From Candidatus Krumholzibacteriia bacterium (GTDB lineage: Bacteria; Krumholzibacteriota; Krumholzibacteriia; JAJRXK01): a DNA stretch of 64,000 nt. Location of the stretch: positions 1 to 64,000 of the forward strand of contig JBGPIA010000022.1 in the NCBI GenBank assembly GCA_041484665.1, given 5' to 3'. Shown here one piece after another: positions 31,801 to 42,342 of this stretch (positions are counted from its first letter, which is position 1; every line of letters begins with the position of its first letter). Below the pieces are notes generated by a model. The model made no database searches and had not been told where the DNA came from. It was given only the letters and a program-made list of their open reading frames with translations. Position numbers and translations under genes: made by a program.

Positions 31801-32724
31801 TCATGAGGGCCGGGGGCTCGCGCCTCCGGCCCTCTCTTCGAGCTCCTCCAGCGTCCTGGGCCAGTCTGCGCGCAGCAACCGCGATAGCGAACGGTCGGCC
31901 AACAGCTTTCCGCCAGTTTGGCAGCGCGCGCAATAGTTGGTCTCGTTGTCGGCGTAGCGGATGCGCTGCACCGCGGCGCCGCACGCGGGGCATGGCTGGC
32001 CATAGCGACCGTGCACCGCCATCCCCGGACGGAACGCCGTCACCTTCTCGGGGAAGCCGTTGCCCACGTCGGCGCGCAGCCGGTCGGTCCATTCGATCAG
32101 CGTCGCGCGCGTTGCCTCCAGCAAGCGGGCGATCTCGGCGTCGTCGAGCTGCTGCGTGAGCTTCACCGGCGACAGGCGCGCGCGGTGGAGGATCTCGTCG
32201 GAATAGGCGTTGCCGATGCCGCTGAACAAGCGCGGGTCGGTGAGCGCCCGTTTGAGGGTGTGGTTCTCACGGCGCAGAGCTTCGGCGAAGCCCCGCGGCG
32301 CGCAGTCCAACACCTCGAGGCCACCTGGATCGTGCTCGCGTAGGGCGGCCTCACCCTCCACCAGATGGATCCCGGCGCGCTTGCGAGTGCTGGCCTCGGT
32401 CAGCTGCAGCGTGCCGGTGGGGAAGTGGAAGGCGGCGAGCCCGATCTTGCCCGGGAGCTTGGCCGGCGATGCGCCCGCCCTCCAGTGGAAACGGCCCGCG
32501 ATCATCAGGTGAACGACCAGGAAGAGCTCGCCCTCCAGCTCGAAGACGATTCGCTTGCCCAGCCGGCGCAAGCCGGTGACGCACCGCCCCTGGGCTTGCT
32601 GGATCGGCGGCCGCACCGAGCGCAGCACGAAGGGGCTGCGTAGATCGACGCGCACCAGCGGCTGGCCCACCACGCGCGGGTACAGTCGTTCGAGGTAGAC
32701 GACGATGTCGGGGAGCTCGGGCAT
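31801..32724 (-). CDS. Fpg/Nei family DNA glycosylase/AP lyase
   Basis: N-terminal MPELPD, RLGKR, HLMIAG, H2TH motif GIGNAYSDEIL, zinc finger CPAC...CARCQ, C-terminal TGGKLLADRSLSRLL extension. Confidence 0.9.
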   Translation of the reverse strand: MPELPDIVVYLERLYPRVVGQPLVRVDLRSPFVLRSVRPPIQQAQGRCVTGLRRLGKRIVFELEGELFLVVHLMIAGRFHWRAGASPAKLPGKIGLAAFHFPTGTLQLTEASTRKRAGIHLVEGEAALREHDPGGLEVLDCAPRGFAEALRRENHTLKRALTDPRLFSGIGNAYSDEILHRARLSPVKLTQQLDDAEIARLLEATRATLIEWTDRLRADVGNGFPEKVTAFRPGMAVHGRYGQPCPACGAAVQRIRYADNETNYCARCQTGGKLLADRSLSRLLRADWPRTLEELEERAGGASPRPS

Positions 32725-32821
32725 GGCCCGAGAAGTCTACCGGCCGGGTGGAGGCGGCGCCAAGCGGCAGGCGCCAGGCAGTCGGCGGAACGTGGGGCGG
32801 CAGGTGGTCGCCGGCGTACGG

Positions 32822-32849
32822 TTCGCGGCAGGTACTTCGCGGCAGGTAC
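32822..32849 (+). repeat. 14-bp perfect tandem duplication
   Basis: TTCGCGGCAGGTAC twice, followed by a degenerate third copy. Confidence 0.75.
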
Positions 32850-32913
32850 TTGGCAGCAGGTGGCGCATCGCGGGCGCGGTCAATCCGCTGGACCGCGCTG
32901 GACCACCTCGGAC

Positions 32914-33056
32914 CGCACCCCTGCATACATCTCCGGTGGGGAGGTGAATACAATGTGCATACCGCGCGGTCCCCGCGGCAGTTTTCCGACCGTTCCGAGT
33001 ATGCACAATGTGACTACGGTCCCGCCGGAGATATCATGATGAGCGGGTACGGTGCG
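32914..33056 (+). ncRNA. Candidate ~143-nt rod-like structured RNA or palindromic element
   Basis: CGCACC/GGTGCG, ATCTCCGGTGGG (32929-40)/CCCGCCGGAGAT (33021-32) and TGTGCATAC (32954-62)/GTATGCACA (32999-33007). Several mismatches read as G-U on the + strand. Confidence 0.5.
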
Positions 33057-33143
33057 CCCGCTGCGGCACGACACGCTCGCTGCACCACGACACACCCGCC
33101 GCAGCACGGCACGCCCGTTTCTGCCCGCGCGCTCTCTCCCCGT

Positions 33144-34439
33144 TCAGGGCGCCAGCAAGAACCTGTGCTCGGCCCCCTGGAAGTCCACGAACACGCACTC
33201 CACAGGGCCGGGCGTGCCGAAACGCCGCTCGCGCGCCCGTAGGATCGGCCGCAGGTCGAAGCCGAGCTCCTTCTCCCAATAGGCAAGGCACGGCTGGCCC
33301 AGGGCATCGTGCGACAGGATCAGTTTGGCCTTCACCGCGGTCGTCCCCACCGGATCCGCCGCGAAGCCACCCGCCATGTACAGGCTCAGCGGGTGGTTGC
33401 TATCGCAGCCGCTGAAGCCCACGCGCAGGCGGAGCACCCTCAGCTCGGGGCGGAACGCGAGCAGGGAGTAGAAGGCGTGGGGAAGCGAGTCGGGCGCATC
33501 GGTGAACTGTACGGGCGGGTAGATGCCAGGTGGCGGCCCGTTGGCCATGCCGAAATCGGCGTGCAGGAAGCTGTGCGGTGAGCCATCGGCGCCCGGCAGC
33601 AGCAACACCTGCAGCGGGTTGGGTGTCGTGAAGTGCACCTCGGCAAACGTCGGCGGCGGCACGGCGATCAGCGTGAACAGCCCGGACTGCTGTACGCGCA
33701 ACGCCCAACGGCCGTCCTCGCCGACGCTGACGGTGGTTCCGTCCAGGCCAGGGCCCACGATCTGAACCGAACCTCCCCCTACGGCCCCCTCGTCAGGATC
33801 GACGTGTCCATTCTCGTTGGGGTCGTTGAAGAACAGCCCGGCGATGCGCGGCAGATCCGGATTCAGTCCGATGTCGACGCGCGCGGCGAAGGCGAACGAC
33901 GTCAGTGCGGGCGCGTGGAACCGCCACTGCCTGGCGCCGCTGAGCTCACCTGGGCTCAGAATCCCGTCGTCGCCCAGCCGCTGCGAGTAGTCCCAGCCGT
34001 ACCAGCAGTCGACGGGCCGCGTCGAGTCGGGGCATTGCAGGATGTCGTATCCCCTCGGCACGACCGTTTCGGGCACGAGCGCGCTGATCCAGGCGCGCAC
34101 CATCGGGTACAACGCGCGCATGTCGGCATTGCGCAGGGCGACATCCAGCGTGACCGAATCCCCCGTGGCGTCGACCTGCAGGTTGCTTCCCACCAGCTCG
34201 ACCCGCACGGGTACGCCGTCGGGTACGGGGATGTCGACGGACTCGAGCACGAAGCTCTGAGTACCGGGATCGATCGAGCCCGTGAAGTGCGCGCCACCGC
34301 TGGACGGTGGGCGGTTTTCCGGATCGGTCGATTTGCTGCAAGCCGCCAGTGCCAGCACACAGAGCGCCAGCACGGGCGATGACAACTTCCTTGGAAAGAC
34401 AGGGAGGGAGCAACGCAAGGAGAGGAAAACGCGATGCAT
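33144..34439 (-). CDS. Putative lipoprotein with an SdrD-B/Cna-like Ig domain
   Basis: GGAGG RBS, lipobox LAAC, and [17 protein letters not shown] motif typical of SdrD-B repeats. Confidence 0.7.
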   Translation of the reverse strand: MHRVFLSLRCSLPVFPRKLSSPVLALCVLALAACSKSTDPENRPPSSGGAHFTGSIDPGTQSFVLESVDIPVPDGVPVRVELVGSNLQVDATGDSVTLDVALRNADMRALYPMVRAWISALVPETVVPRGYDILQCPDSTRPVDCWYGWDYSQRLGDDGILSPGELSGARQWRFHAPALTSFAFAARVDIGLNPDLPRIAGLFFNDPNENGHVDPDEGAVGGGSVQIVGPGLDGTTVSVGEDGRWALRVQQSGLFTLIAVPPPTFAEVHFTTPNPLQVLLLPGADGSPHSFLHADFGMANGPPPGIYPPVQFTDAPDSLPHAFYSLLAFRPELRVLRLRVGFSGCDSNHPLSLYMAGGFAADPVGTTAVKAKLILSHDALGQPCLAYWEKELGFDLRPILRARERRFGTPGPVECVFVDFQGAEHRFLLAP

Positions 34440-34713
34440 GCCAGGCCTCCCGGGAGAACGTGGGACTGTGACCCAGGCGCACGGCAGCTCGACGAGGTGG
34501 CGGCTGGACGCCCGAGGCGATGGGAAGGACAGGCCGACTCATCCAATGTATCGGTTCCGTGGGCGGCAGTCCAGGCCGGCCGGCGACCCGCGCCCGCCAG
34601 GGAGCGCCGCAGGCCCGCCGCCGCTCGCTCGTCGTCCGCCCCCCGTCACCCGTCGCCGCCGCGACTCTCCACCATGAGAAACTTGCGCGGCTGGCTCCCG
34701 CCCGGGGGCCCGG

Positions 34714-34742
34714 TTGACACGCCCGTCAGGCCTACCTATAGT
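34714..34742 (+). promoter_or_regulatory. Near-consensus sigma70 promoter of guaB
   Basis: TTGACA (34714-19), 17-nt spacer, TATAGT (34737-42). Confidence 0.85.
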
Positions 34743-34862
34743 GCTGTCACTCTTGAAGCTACGCCCTTCCGCCGATCGCCGCGCGACCAATCGATTCGCG
34801 TTCCGCGCGCCGAACGGGGCGCCGATCTCTCCCAGGCCGCGCACGCTCTCGGGGGTTTCACC

Positions 34863-36326
34863 ATGACGGATAAGATCCGGGGGGAGGGGCTCACCTTCGA
34901 TGATGTTCTGCTGCTCCCGCGCTTCAGCGACGTCGTGCCCCGTGACGTCCACGTGGGCACGCGTCTGACGCGCCGGATTCGCATGAACATCCCCATCGTG
35001 AGCGCCGCCATGGACTCGGTCACCGAGGCCGAGCTCGCCATCGCGATGGCCCGCGCGGGCGGCATCGGATTCATCCACAAGAACATGTCCCCGCGCGACC
35101 AGGCCACCCACGTCGATCTGGTCAAACGCAGCGAGAGCGGGATGATCACCCAGCCGATCACGTTGTCTCCGCAGGATAAGGTGCGCGACGCCCTGGCGTT
35201 GATGGCCAAGTTCCGCATCAGCGGCATCCCCATCACCCGCGACCGGAAGCTGGTGGGCATCCTCACCAACCGCGACCTGCGCTTCATGGGCGATCCGCAG
35301 CGCGACATCGCCGACGTGATGACCAGCGAGAACCTGATCACCGCGCCCGAGGGGACGACGCTGGAGGAGGCGGCCAAGATCCTCCACCGCAATCGCATCG
35401 AGAAGCTGCCGGTCGTGGCTCCCGACGGCACGCTCAAAGGGCTGATCACGGTCAAGGACATCCAGAAGAAGCTGGATTACCCCAGCAGCTGTAAGGACGA
35501 TCAGGGCCGCCTGCGCGTCGGCGCAGCCGTCGGCGTGGGGACCGATTTGCTGGAGCGGGTCGCGATGCTGGTGGAGCACGGCGTGGACGTGATCGTGCTG
35601 GACTCCGCCCACGGCCACAGCGCGAACATCCTCGATGCCGCGCGCCGCGTGCGCAAGGAGTACAGCGAGCTGCCCATGGTGGTCGGCAACATCGCCACCG
35701 CCGAAGGGGCGCGCGCGCTGATCGACGCCGGCGCTGACGCGATCAAGGTCGGCATGGGGCCCGGGAGCATCTGCACCACGCGCGTGGTGGCCGGGATCGG
35801 TGTGCCGCAGATCACGGCCATCCTCGACACCGTGGAGGTCGCGGCGAAGTCCGACCTGCCCGTGATCGCCGACGGCGGGATCCGCTACAGCGGCGACGTC
35901 GTGAAGGCGCTGGCGGCCGGCGCCGAGAGCGTCATGATCGGCAGCCTGTTCGCCGGCACCGAGGAGTCGCCTGGAGAGAAGTTGCTCTACGAAGGACGAG
36001 CGTACAAGGTCTACCGCGGCATGGGCTCCATCTCTGCGATGGAGGAGGGGAGCAAGGATCGTTACTTCCAGGCCGAGGAGGAGGCAGCCACCAAGCTCGT
36101 TCCGGAGGGCATCGAGGGCCGCGTCCCCTACAAGGGTCACCTCACCGACAGCATTCACCAGCTCGTGGGAGGCTTGCGCGCGGGCATGGGCTACTGCGGC
36201 GTACGCAACCTGCAGGAGCTGCGCACCCACGGACGCTTCATCCAGGTGACTTCCGCGGGCATGCGCGAGAGCCACCCGCACGACGTGCAGATCACGAAGG
36301 AAGCTCCCAACTACCCCATGCGCTGA
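34863..36326 (+). CDS. guaB: IMP dehydrogenase
   Basis: [21 protein letters not shown] pair, [15 protein letters not shown] (catalytic Cys), IADGGI, YRGMGS, VPEGIEG, ESHPHDV. Confidence 0.98.
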   Translation: MTDKIRGEGLTFDDVLLLPRFSDVVPRDVHVGTRLTRRIRMNIPIVSAAMDSVTEAELAIAMARAGGIGFIHKNMSPRDQATHVDLVKRSESGMITQPITLSPQDKVRDALALMAKFRISGIPITRDRKLVGILTNRDLRFMGDPQRDIADVMTSENLITAPEGTTLEEAAKILHRNRIEKLPVVAPDGTLKGLITVKDIQKKLDYPSSCKDDQGRLRVGAAVGVGTDLLERVAMLVEHGVDVIVLDSAHGHSANILDAARRVRKEYSELPMVVGNIATAEGARALIDAGADAIKVGMGPGSICTTRVVAGIGVPQITAILDTVEVAAKSDLPVIADGGIRYSGDVVKALAAGAESVMIGSLFAGTEESPGEKLLYEGRAYKVYRGMGSISAMEEGSKDRYFQAEEEAATKLVPEGIEGRVPYKGHLTDSIHQLVGGLRAGMGYCGVRNLQELRTHGRFIQVTSAGMRESHPHDVQITKEAPNYPMR

Positions 36327-36361
36327 CCGCTGCGCTGGCGCGATCCGAGGCCGCATCCCCG

Positions 36362-37075
36362 ATGGCCCGCTCTGCCCCCGCCCCGCGGCGCCGGCGGCCC
36401 ACCCGCCGGGCGGCCTCCTCACCGGCGGCTGTTCCGCCCACGTCCAGTTCACCGCCCACCGATCCACGTCCGGCCGCCTGTCCCGCGGCTTCCACCTCCT
36501 CCTACGACGAGAAGGCGCGGCGCCTGCTCGGTGGCGCTGCTGCGGTGTTCGCGGCCAAGGGCTACCACAACGCTACCATGCGCGACATCGCTCGCGAGAC
36601 CGGCGTGAGCCTCTCGGGCATCTACTACTACTTTTCCGGCAAGGAGGAGCTGCTCTACTCGATCCAGCGCTTCTGCTTCCGCCGCGTGCTGGACAGCCTG
36701 GCCGCTCGCCTGGCGCAGACCACCGATCCCACGGAAAAGCTGCGGGCGTTCCTGGCGAACCATCTGGAGTTCTTCACGCAGAACGTGCGCGAGATGAAGG
36801 TGCTCAGCCACGAGTCGGAGTCGCTCAGCGGGCGCTACTACGCGGAGATCGCGGACATGAAGCGCGAGTATTTCAAGGCGCTCTCGCTGATCCTCGTCGA
36901 GCTGGATCCGGGACGCTTCACCGACGCGCAGCGGCGGCGCGCGACGCTGTCGGTCTTCGGTATGGTGAACTGGATCTACACGTGGTATGACCCGGCGCGC
37001 GACGGCTCGGCGGAGCAGGTAGCTGCGACCATGTTCCAGCTGCTGTCGGAGGGCGTGGTCGGACGGCAGCCGTGA
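36362..37075 (+). CDS. TetR/AcrR family transcriptional regulator (KstR2/PaaR-like C-terminus)
   Basis: AVFAAKGYHNATMRDIARETGVSLSGIYYYFSGKEEL HTH and GMVNWIYTWYDP. Start uncertain. Confidence 0.88.
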   Translation: MARSAPAPRRRRPTRRAASSPAAVPPTSSSPPTDPRPAACPAASTSSYDEKARRLLGGAAAVFAAKGYHNATMRDIARETGVSLSGIYYYFSGKEELLYSIQRFCFRRVLDSLAARLAQTTDPTEKLRAFLANHLEFFTQNVREMKVLSHESESLSGRYYAEIADMKREYFKALSLILVELDPGRFTDAQRRRATLSVFGMVNWIYTWYDPARDGSAEQVAATMFQLLSEGVVGRQP

Positions 37076-38286
37076 CCGCCCTCGACGGTCCGGCGCCGCC
37101 TGCTGGCCCAGCACCGCCGCTCCCTCCCGATGCGCCCCGACGCATCTTTGTGCTGGCGCGCGCGGAGGGGTTCGACGCGGCCGGCATCGCTCCGCCCGAT
37201 CTTCCACAGGAAGCCGTCCATCTGGACGCTTGGCTCAACGCTGGCCATGCCGCGGGCATGGACTGGATCGGGCGCGAGCGCGCCACCCGTCTGGACCTGC
37301 GCCGCCGCCTGCCGTGGGCGCGCTCGGTGGTCGTGGTCGCCAAGCGCTACTACCCGCCGGAACTGGACGGCACGCCGGCAGGGGGTTTGGCGCGCTACGT
37401 CTCCGTCTACGCCCGGGGCCGCGACTACCACGACGTGCTGAGGCCGCGCCTGCAACGGCTGGGGGAGCGCATCGCGCAGGAGATCGCTGGCGGTGGCATG
37501 CGCTGGCGTCTCTACGTCGACACGGGGCCCTTGCTCGAGCGCCAGCTCGCTGCCGCTGCGGGCATCGGCTGGCTGGGGAAGAACACCTTGCTGCTCCTGC
37601 CGCGCGGCGGGAGCTGGTTCTTCCTCGGGACGCTCGTCACCGATCTCGCTCTGGAGCGCGCAAACGCTTCGCCGGGCGCGATGCCGCCCTCGCTGGGAAG
37701 CTGCGGCCGCTGCGTCGCCTGCCAGCCGGCGTGCCCGACGGACGCCTTGGTGGAGCCCGGTGTGCTCGACGCACGTCGCTGCATCAGCTATCTCACCATC
37801 GAGCACCGCGGCCCCATCGAACGCTCGTTGCGGCGTGCCATGGGCGGCTGGCTGTTCGGCTGCGACCTCTGCCAGTCCGCCTGCCCATTCAACTTCAAGG
37901 CGCGCAGCTTGCCTGCGCCCGATGTCCAGGAATTCGCGCCGCACCCGGCGCTGACCGGAATCGATCTGCCAGAGCTCTTGCGCATGGACAAGGCGGCCTT
38001 CACCGCGCGCTTCCGCGGCACCGCGCTGACCCGCCCGCGGCGCGAGGGGCTTCTGCGCAACGCCCTGATCGTGGCGGCCAATCTCGGCCGCACCGACTGC
38101 CTGCCCGCCGCCCGCACGCTGCTGGGGGATCGATCGCCCACGCTGCGCGAAGCCGCCAGCTGGTGCCTGGCGGAGCTGGGCGACCGGGCCGCAGCCCCGC
38201 AGCTTGCCCGCACCCGGGACGGCGAAGCGGTCGAGTGGGTGCGCGCGGCAATGGAGTCGGACTTGGCGCGCATCGTTGCTCTCTGA
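37072..38286 (+). CDS. queG: Epoxyqueuosine reductase QueG
   Basis: YARGRDYH, VDTGPLLER, GKNTLL, GSWFFLG, CGRCVACQPACPT, CISYLTIE, GCDLCQSACP. GTGA overlap with the TetR gene. Confidence 0.95.
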   Translation: MTALDGPAPPAGPAPPLPPDAPRRIFVLARAEGFDAAGIAPPDLPQEAVHLDAWLNAGHAAGMDWIGRERATRLDLRRRLPWARSVVVVAKRYYPPELDGTPAGGLARYVSVYARGRDYHDVLRPRLQRLGERIAQEIAGGGMRWRLYVDTGPLLERQLAAAAGIGWLGKNTLLLLPRGGSWFFLGTLVTDLALERANASPGAMPPSLGSCGRCVACQPACPTDALVEPGVLDARRCISYLTIEHRGPIERSLRRAMGGWLFGCDLCQSACPFNFKARSLPAPDVQEFAPHPALTGIDLPELLRMDKAAFTARFRGTALTRPRREGLLRNALIVAANLGRTDCLPAARTLLGDRSPTLREAASWCLAELGDRAAAPQLARTRDGEAVEWVRAAMESDLARIVAL

Positions 38287-38553
38287 CGTTTCGCCGCTGC
38301 GGATGCCGGCCGCTCGCCTGCCCTGGCGCAGATCGCTCACCCCCGCGCAGGCCGGCCACTCGCCGGCGCGGATGCCCGCCACCCTCGGGCGCGGGCGTTC
38401 TGGACCCCGCGCGCCCCGGCTCTCCACCCTGCGATCAAGTCGCTGCCGCCGGTGCCGATCACAGCAGATGGCTGCGATTCCCCGGGCGGAGCCCGGCTGG
38501 TGGCGGGTCGAGCAACACCCAGGGTGAGCGGGCGCGCATCCGGAGGGGAGACC

Positions 38554-41130
38554 ATGGACGTGGCGGGGAACCGGCCAAGGACCCTGGTCGTCGAGGACGA
38601 TGCGGGGACACTGCTGCTCCTGATGAAATTCCTGGCCAAGCGCGGATTCGACGTGCAGGCGTTCGACCGGGGCGAGCCCGCATGGGATGCGTTCCAGGCG
38701 CAGCCATTCCCGATCGTCGTGTTGGACTGGATGCTCCCCGGCATGTCCGGTCTCGAGCTGTGCCGTAAGATCCGCGCGAGCGAGCACGGCGAGGCCTGCG
38801 AGATCATGATCCTGACCGGTCTGGAAGGGCTGGAGCAGCTCGAGGAGGCGCTGGAAGCGGGCGCGGACGACTATCTCGTCAAACCCGTCGATCCCAAGTT
38901 CCTCAGCGTGCGCATGCAGATCGCGGCGCGCCACGTCCGCCTGCGCGAAGAGCGCCGGCGCGCCATCGAGGAGCTGAAAGTCTCCCTGGACCGGTTCGAT
39001 CTAGCCGTGCGGGCCTCCGCCGACGGCCTGTGGGATGTAGCCCTCGCCGAGCCGGGAAACCTGGGCGCAGCGCGCATCTGGTACTCGCAACTGTTCAAGA
39101 GCATGCTCGGCTACTCCCCCGACGAGTTCGCCGACACCTTCGATGCGTGGTTCTCCTGCATCCACCCCGCGGACCGCGAGCGGATGCAGACCGCGATGGT
39201 CACCCACCGCAACGACGCGACCCGCTTCGACGTCGACTACCGTCTGCGCGTGAAGAGCGGGGAGTACCGCTGGTTCCGCACCCACGGGCAAGGGATCTGG
39301 GATGAGCAGGGCCGGCTGACGCGCATCTCGGGTTGCCTGCGCGACGTGACCGCGGAGCGCCAGCACAAGGAGGAGCTGGCCACAAGGCACCGCGAGCTCA
39401 CCAGCCTCCACCAGCTCTCCCAAGTGCTGATGAAGGAGCAACCGCTGCGCGAGACCTGCGACGCCCTGGCGGCCGAGATCAGCGCGGCGACCGGCTTTCC
39501 CATCGTCGCGATCGCCCTGCGCGGGCAGAACGCGAAGGCGCCGCAGACCACGAGGACGCTGACGATCCAGATCCTGCGCGGCCATCCGGCTGGGCTCCCG
39601 GACGAGCAGCTCCAGCTGAGCGCCGATCTGGCGCTGGGCGATCCGCTGCTGCTGGCGCAGGGCGACGACGGTCCGTCCACGCCGGATGCTGGGGTACGGC
39701 AGCTCCAGCAGCTGCGCGCGAGCCTGGGGCTGCAGACGATCGTCAGCATTCCGATGAAGGTGGACGACGAGCTGATCGGCCTGCTCGTCGTCGGGCATCC
39801 GCAAGCGCACACGGCCGACGCCCAGCTGGTGCGCTGGCTGAGCACCATGGCCAGCCATATCGCCTCCTTCGTAAGGCGACGTTTGGTCGAAGAGGCGTAT
39901 CGCGAGAGCGAGGAGCGTTTCTCGCAGTTCGCCGCGAACGTGAGCCATGTCTTCTGGATGTGCGACGCGGACGTCACGCGCGTGCTCTACGTCAGCCAGG
40001 CCTACGAGCGGGTCTGGGGGCGTCCGGCCGCCGACCTGTACGCGAGCTCCTCCGGCATGTTCGACGGCATCCATCCCGACGATCTGCCCCGCGTGCGCGA
40101 GAGCGTCGGCCGGCTCAAGGCGGAGCCCGGGGAGTTCGAGTTCCGTCTCCTGCGCACTCCGACCGACCTACGCTGGATCCACACCCGGGCGTTCCCGATC
40201 AGCGATGCAAAGGGTAAGGTCTACCGCGTCGTCGGCATCTCGGAAGACGTCACCGAGCGGCGGGCGCTCGAGACTCAGCTGCTGCATTCGCAGAAGCTCG
40301 AATCGATCGGTCAGCTCGCCGCTGGGATCGCCCACGAGATCAACACGCCCACCCAGTATGTAGGCGACAACGTCCTCTTTCTGGAGAGCTCGTTCACCTC
40401 GATCATGGCGGTGCTGCAGGCCTGCGCGAACCTGGCCGAGGCGACGGGCGAAGGGCCCGTCCCACCGGAGCGACTGCAGGAGCTGCGCGGCGCGATCGAT
40501 CCCGAGGAGCTGGCGTTCCTCTTTGAGGAGATTCCCAAGGCGATCCGCCAGTCCCGCGAGGGGCTGCAGCGCGTGACCGAGATCGTGCGGGCGATGAAGG
40601 AGTTCTCCCATCCTGGCAGCAAGGAGAAGACCCCCGTCAACATCAACAACGCTCTGCGCAGCTCCATAACCGTGTGCCGCAACGAGTGGAAGTACGTGGC
40701 CGACGTCGAGACCGACTTCGACGACGCCATTCCGCCCGTCGAGTGCCTGCCCAACGAGATGAATCAGGTTTACCTGAACATCCTCGTCAACGCCGCGCAC
40801 GCCATCGCCGACGTGGTGGGGGAGGCGCGGGCCACCAAGGGCAAGATCACGGTCTCGACGCGCCTGGAGGAGGAGCAGGCGGTGATCCGCATCGCCGACA
40901 CCGGCGCCGGGATCCCCGAGGGGATCCTCCCGCGGATCTTCGAGCCGTTTTTCACGACCAAGACGGTCGGCAAGGGCACCGGCCAGGGATTGCCCATCGC
41001 GCGCTCGGTCGTGGTGGGCAAGCACGGGGGCACGCTGACCTGCGAGACGGAGGTGGGCCGCGGGACGACGTTCGTCATCCGGCTTCCGCTCTCCAGCTCG
41101 CCCCTGGAGCTGGCAGGTGCGCGGCCGTGA
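38554..41130 (+). CDS. Hybrid sensor histidine kinase (REC-PAS-GAF-PAS-HisKA-HATPase)
   Basis: VVEDD/LDWMLP/KP receiver, two IHPxD PAS/PAC domains, GIAHEINTP H-box, NAAHA, DTGAG, FEPFFTTK, GTGQGL. Confidence 0.93.
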   Translation: MDVAGNRPRTLVVEDDAGTLLLLMKFLAKRGFDVQAFDRGEPAWDAFQAQPFPIVVLDWMLPGMSGLELCRKIRASEHGEACEIMILTGLEGLEQLEEALEAGADDYLVKPVDPKFLSVRMQIAARHVRLREERRRAIEELKVSLDRFDLAVRASADGLWDVALAEPGNLGAARIWYSQLFKSMLGYSPDEFADTFDAWFSCIHPADRERMQTAMVTHRNDATRFDVDYRLRVKSGEYRWFRTHGQGIWDEQGRLTRISGCLRDVTAERQHKEELATRHRELTSLHQLSQVLMKEQPLRETCDALAAEISAATGFPIVAIALRGQNAKAPQTTRTLTIQILRGHPAGLPDEQLQLSADLALGDPLLLAQGDDGPSTPDAGVRQLQQLRASLGLQTIVSIPMKVDDELIGLLVVGHPQAHTADAQLVRWLSTMASHIASFVRRRLVEEAYRESEERFSQFAANVSHVFWMCDADVTRVLYVSQAYERVWGRPAADLYASSSGMFDGIHPDDLPRVRESVGRLKAEPGEFEFRLLRTPTDLRWIHTRAFPISDAKGKVYRVVGISEDVTERRALETQLLHSQKLESIGQLAAGIAHEINTPTQYVGDNVLFLESSFTSIMAVLQACANLAEATGEGPVPPERLQELRGAIDPEELAFLFEEIPKAIRQSREGLQRVTEIVRAMKEFSHPGSKEKTPVNINNALRSSITVCRNEWKYVADVETDFDDAIPPVECLPNEMNQVYLNILVNAAHAIADVVGEARATKGKITVSTRLEEEQAVIRIADTGAGIPEGILPRIFEPFFTTKTVGKGTGQGLPIARSVVVGKHGGTLTCETEVGRGTTFVIRLPLSSSPLELAGARP

Positions 41131-42341
41131 GACGCATCCTCATCGTGGACGATGAGCCTCGCGTGCTGGATGGGCTGCGCCGGATGCTCTTTCCCAAGCG
41201 CCGCGAGTGGGAGACCGAGTACGCCGAGAGCGGTGACGCCGCGCTGCAGCGCTGCGCGGAGGCCGCCTACGACGTCGTCATCACCGATATGCGCATGCCC
41301 GGCATGGACGGCGCGACACTACTGACCCGCGTCAAGGAGCTCCATCCGGACACGGTGCGCATCGTCTTCTCCGGGCAGTCCAGCCCCGAGGCGGCGCTGC
41401 GCGCAGTCCCGGTGGCGCACCAGTTCCTCAACAAGCCCTGCGACGCCGTGTCGGTGGTCGAGGTGATCACGCGGGCGTGCAATCTGCGCGATATGCTCAC
41501 CGGCGAGAACCTTCGCCGGATGGTCGGGCGGCTCGACTCGCTCCCCACCGTTCCGAGGGTCTACTCCGCCATCCGGCAGCGCCTGGCCACGTCCGAATGG
41601 TCCATCGGCGATGTGGTGGCCGTGATCGAGCAGGATCCGGCCATGGTGGCCAAGCTGCTCCAGCTCTCCAACTCGGGCTTCTTCGGGTTGCCGCGCCAGG
41701 TCAGCTCGCTGGGCGACGCGATCATCTACCTAGGCGCAGGTGTGATCGAGAAGCTCGTGCTCTCCATCGAAGTGATGCGGCAGTTCTCGGGATGCGGCTC
41801 GCTCGATGCGGCAGACCTGGAGCAGGAGCACCGTCACGCCCACCTCGTGGCGCGCATCGCCCGCGCGCTGCACACGGACCGCTTCCTGGCCGACGCGTCG
41901 TTCACGGCGGCGCTGCTCCACGACATCGGCGTGCTGGTGCTGGTCGCCAACACGCCGGACGCGTACGCAGAGGTGCTGGCGACCGCCCGCGGGCAGCGAC
42001 GGCCCCTCCATGAGGTCGAGCGGCAGATCCAGGGCGTCACCCACGCCGAGGTGGGGGCATACCTGCTAGGCATCTGGGGCTTGCCGTATCCCATCGTGGA
42101 GGCTGTGGCCCATCACCACGACCCCTCTGCGGCGGGCCCGTCGAAAATGGACGTGATGTGTGCCGTGTACATCGCCGACTGTTTGGCCAACGAGGTGATG
42201 TCGCCCTGCGACGGCACCCTCGACGCGCACCACGAGGGGATCTGCGAAGGACTCCTGGCGAGCATGGGCGTCGCGGACCGCTTGGGGGACTGGCGCAAGC
42301 TGGCGGCCGAGCTGGCCGCCGTCCCCGAAGGAGCGATCTGA
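41127..42341 (+). CDS. Response regulator with HDOD output domain
   Basis: IVDDE, TDMRMP, then LPTVP..IEQDPAMVAKLLQLSNS..ALLHDIG..THAEVGAYLLGIWGLP. GTGA overlap with the kinase gene. Confidence 0.92.
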   Translation: MRRILIVDDEPRVLDGLRRMLFPKRREWETEYAESGDAALQRCAEAAYDVVITDMRMPGMDGATLLTRVKELHPDTVRIVFSGQSSPEAALRAVPVAHQFLNKPCDAVSVVEVITRACNLRDMLTGENLRRMVGRLDSLPTVPRVYSAIRQRLATSEWSIGDVVAVIEQDPAMVAKLLQLSNSGFFGLPRQVSSLGDAIIYLGAGVIEKLVLSIEVMRQFSGCGSLDAADLEQEHRHAHLVARIARALHTDRFLADASFTAALLHDIGVLVLVANTPDAYAEVLATARGQRRPLHEVERQIQGVTHAEVGAYLLGIWGLPYPIVEAVAHHHDPSAAGPSKMDVMCAVYIADCLANEVMSPCDGTLDAHHEGICEGLLASMGVADRLGDWRKLAAELAAVPEGAI

Positions 42342-42342
42342 G

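Noticed and set aside
32921..33010. tRNA-Sec, SRP or tmRNA identity for the hairpin (CTCCGGTGG resembles a tRNA-Sec D-arm)
   Set aside because: No TTCA anticodon loop, no GTTCGA T-loop or CCA end, no SRP GGAA/AGCAG motif and no tmRNA termini.
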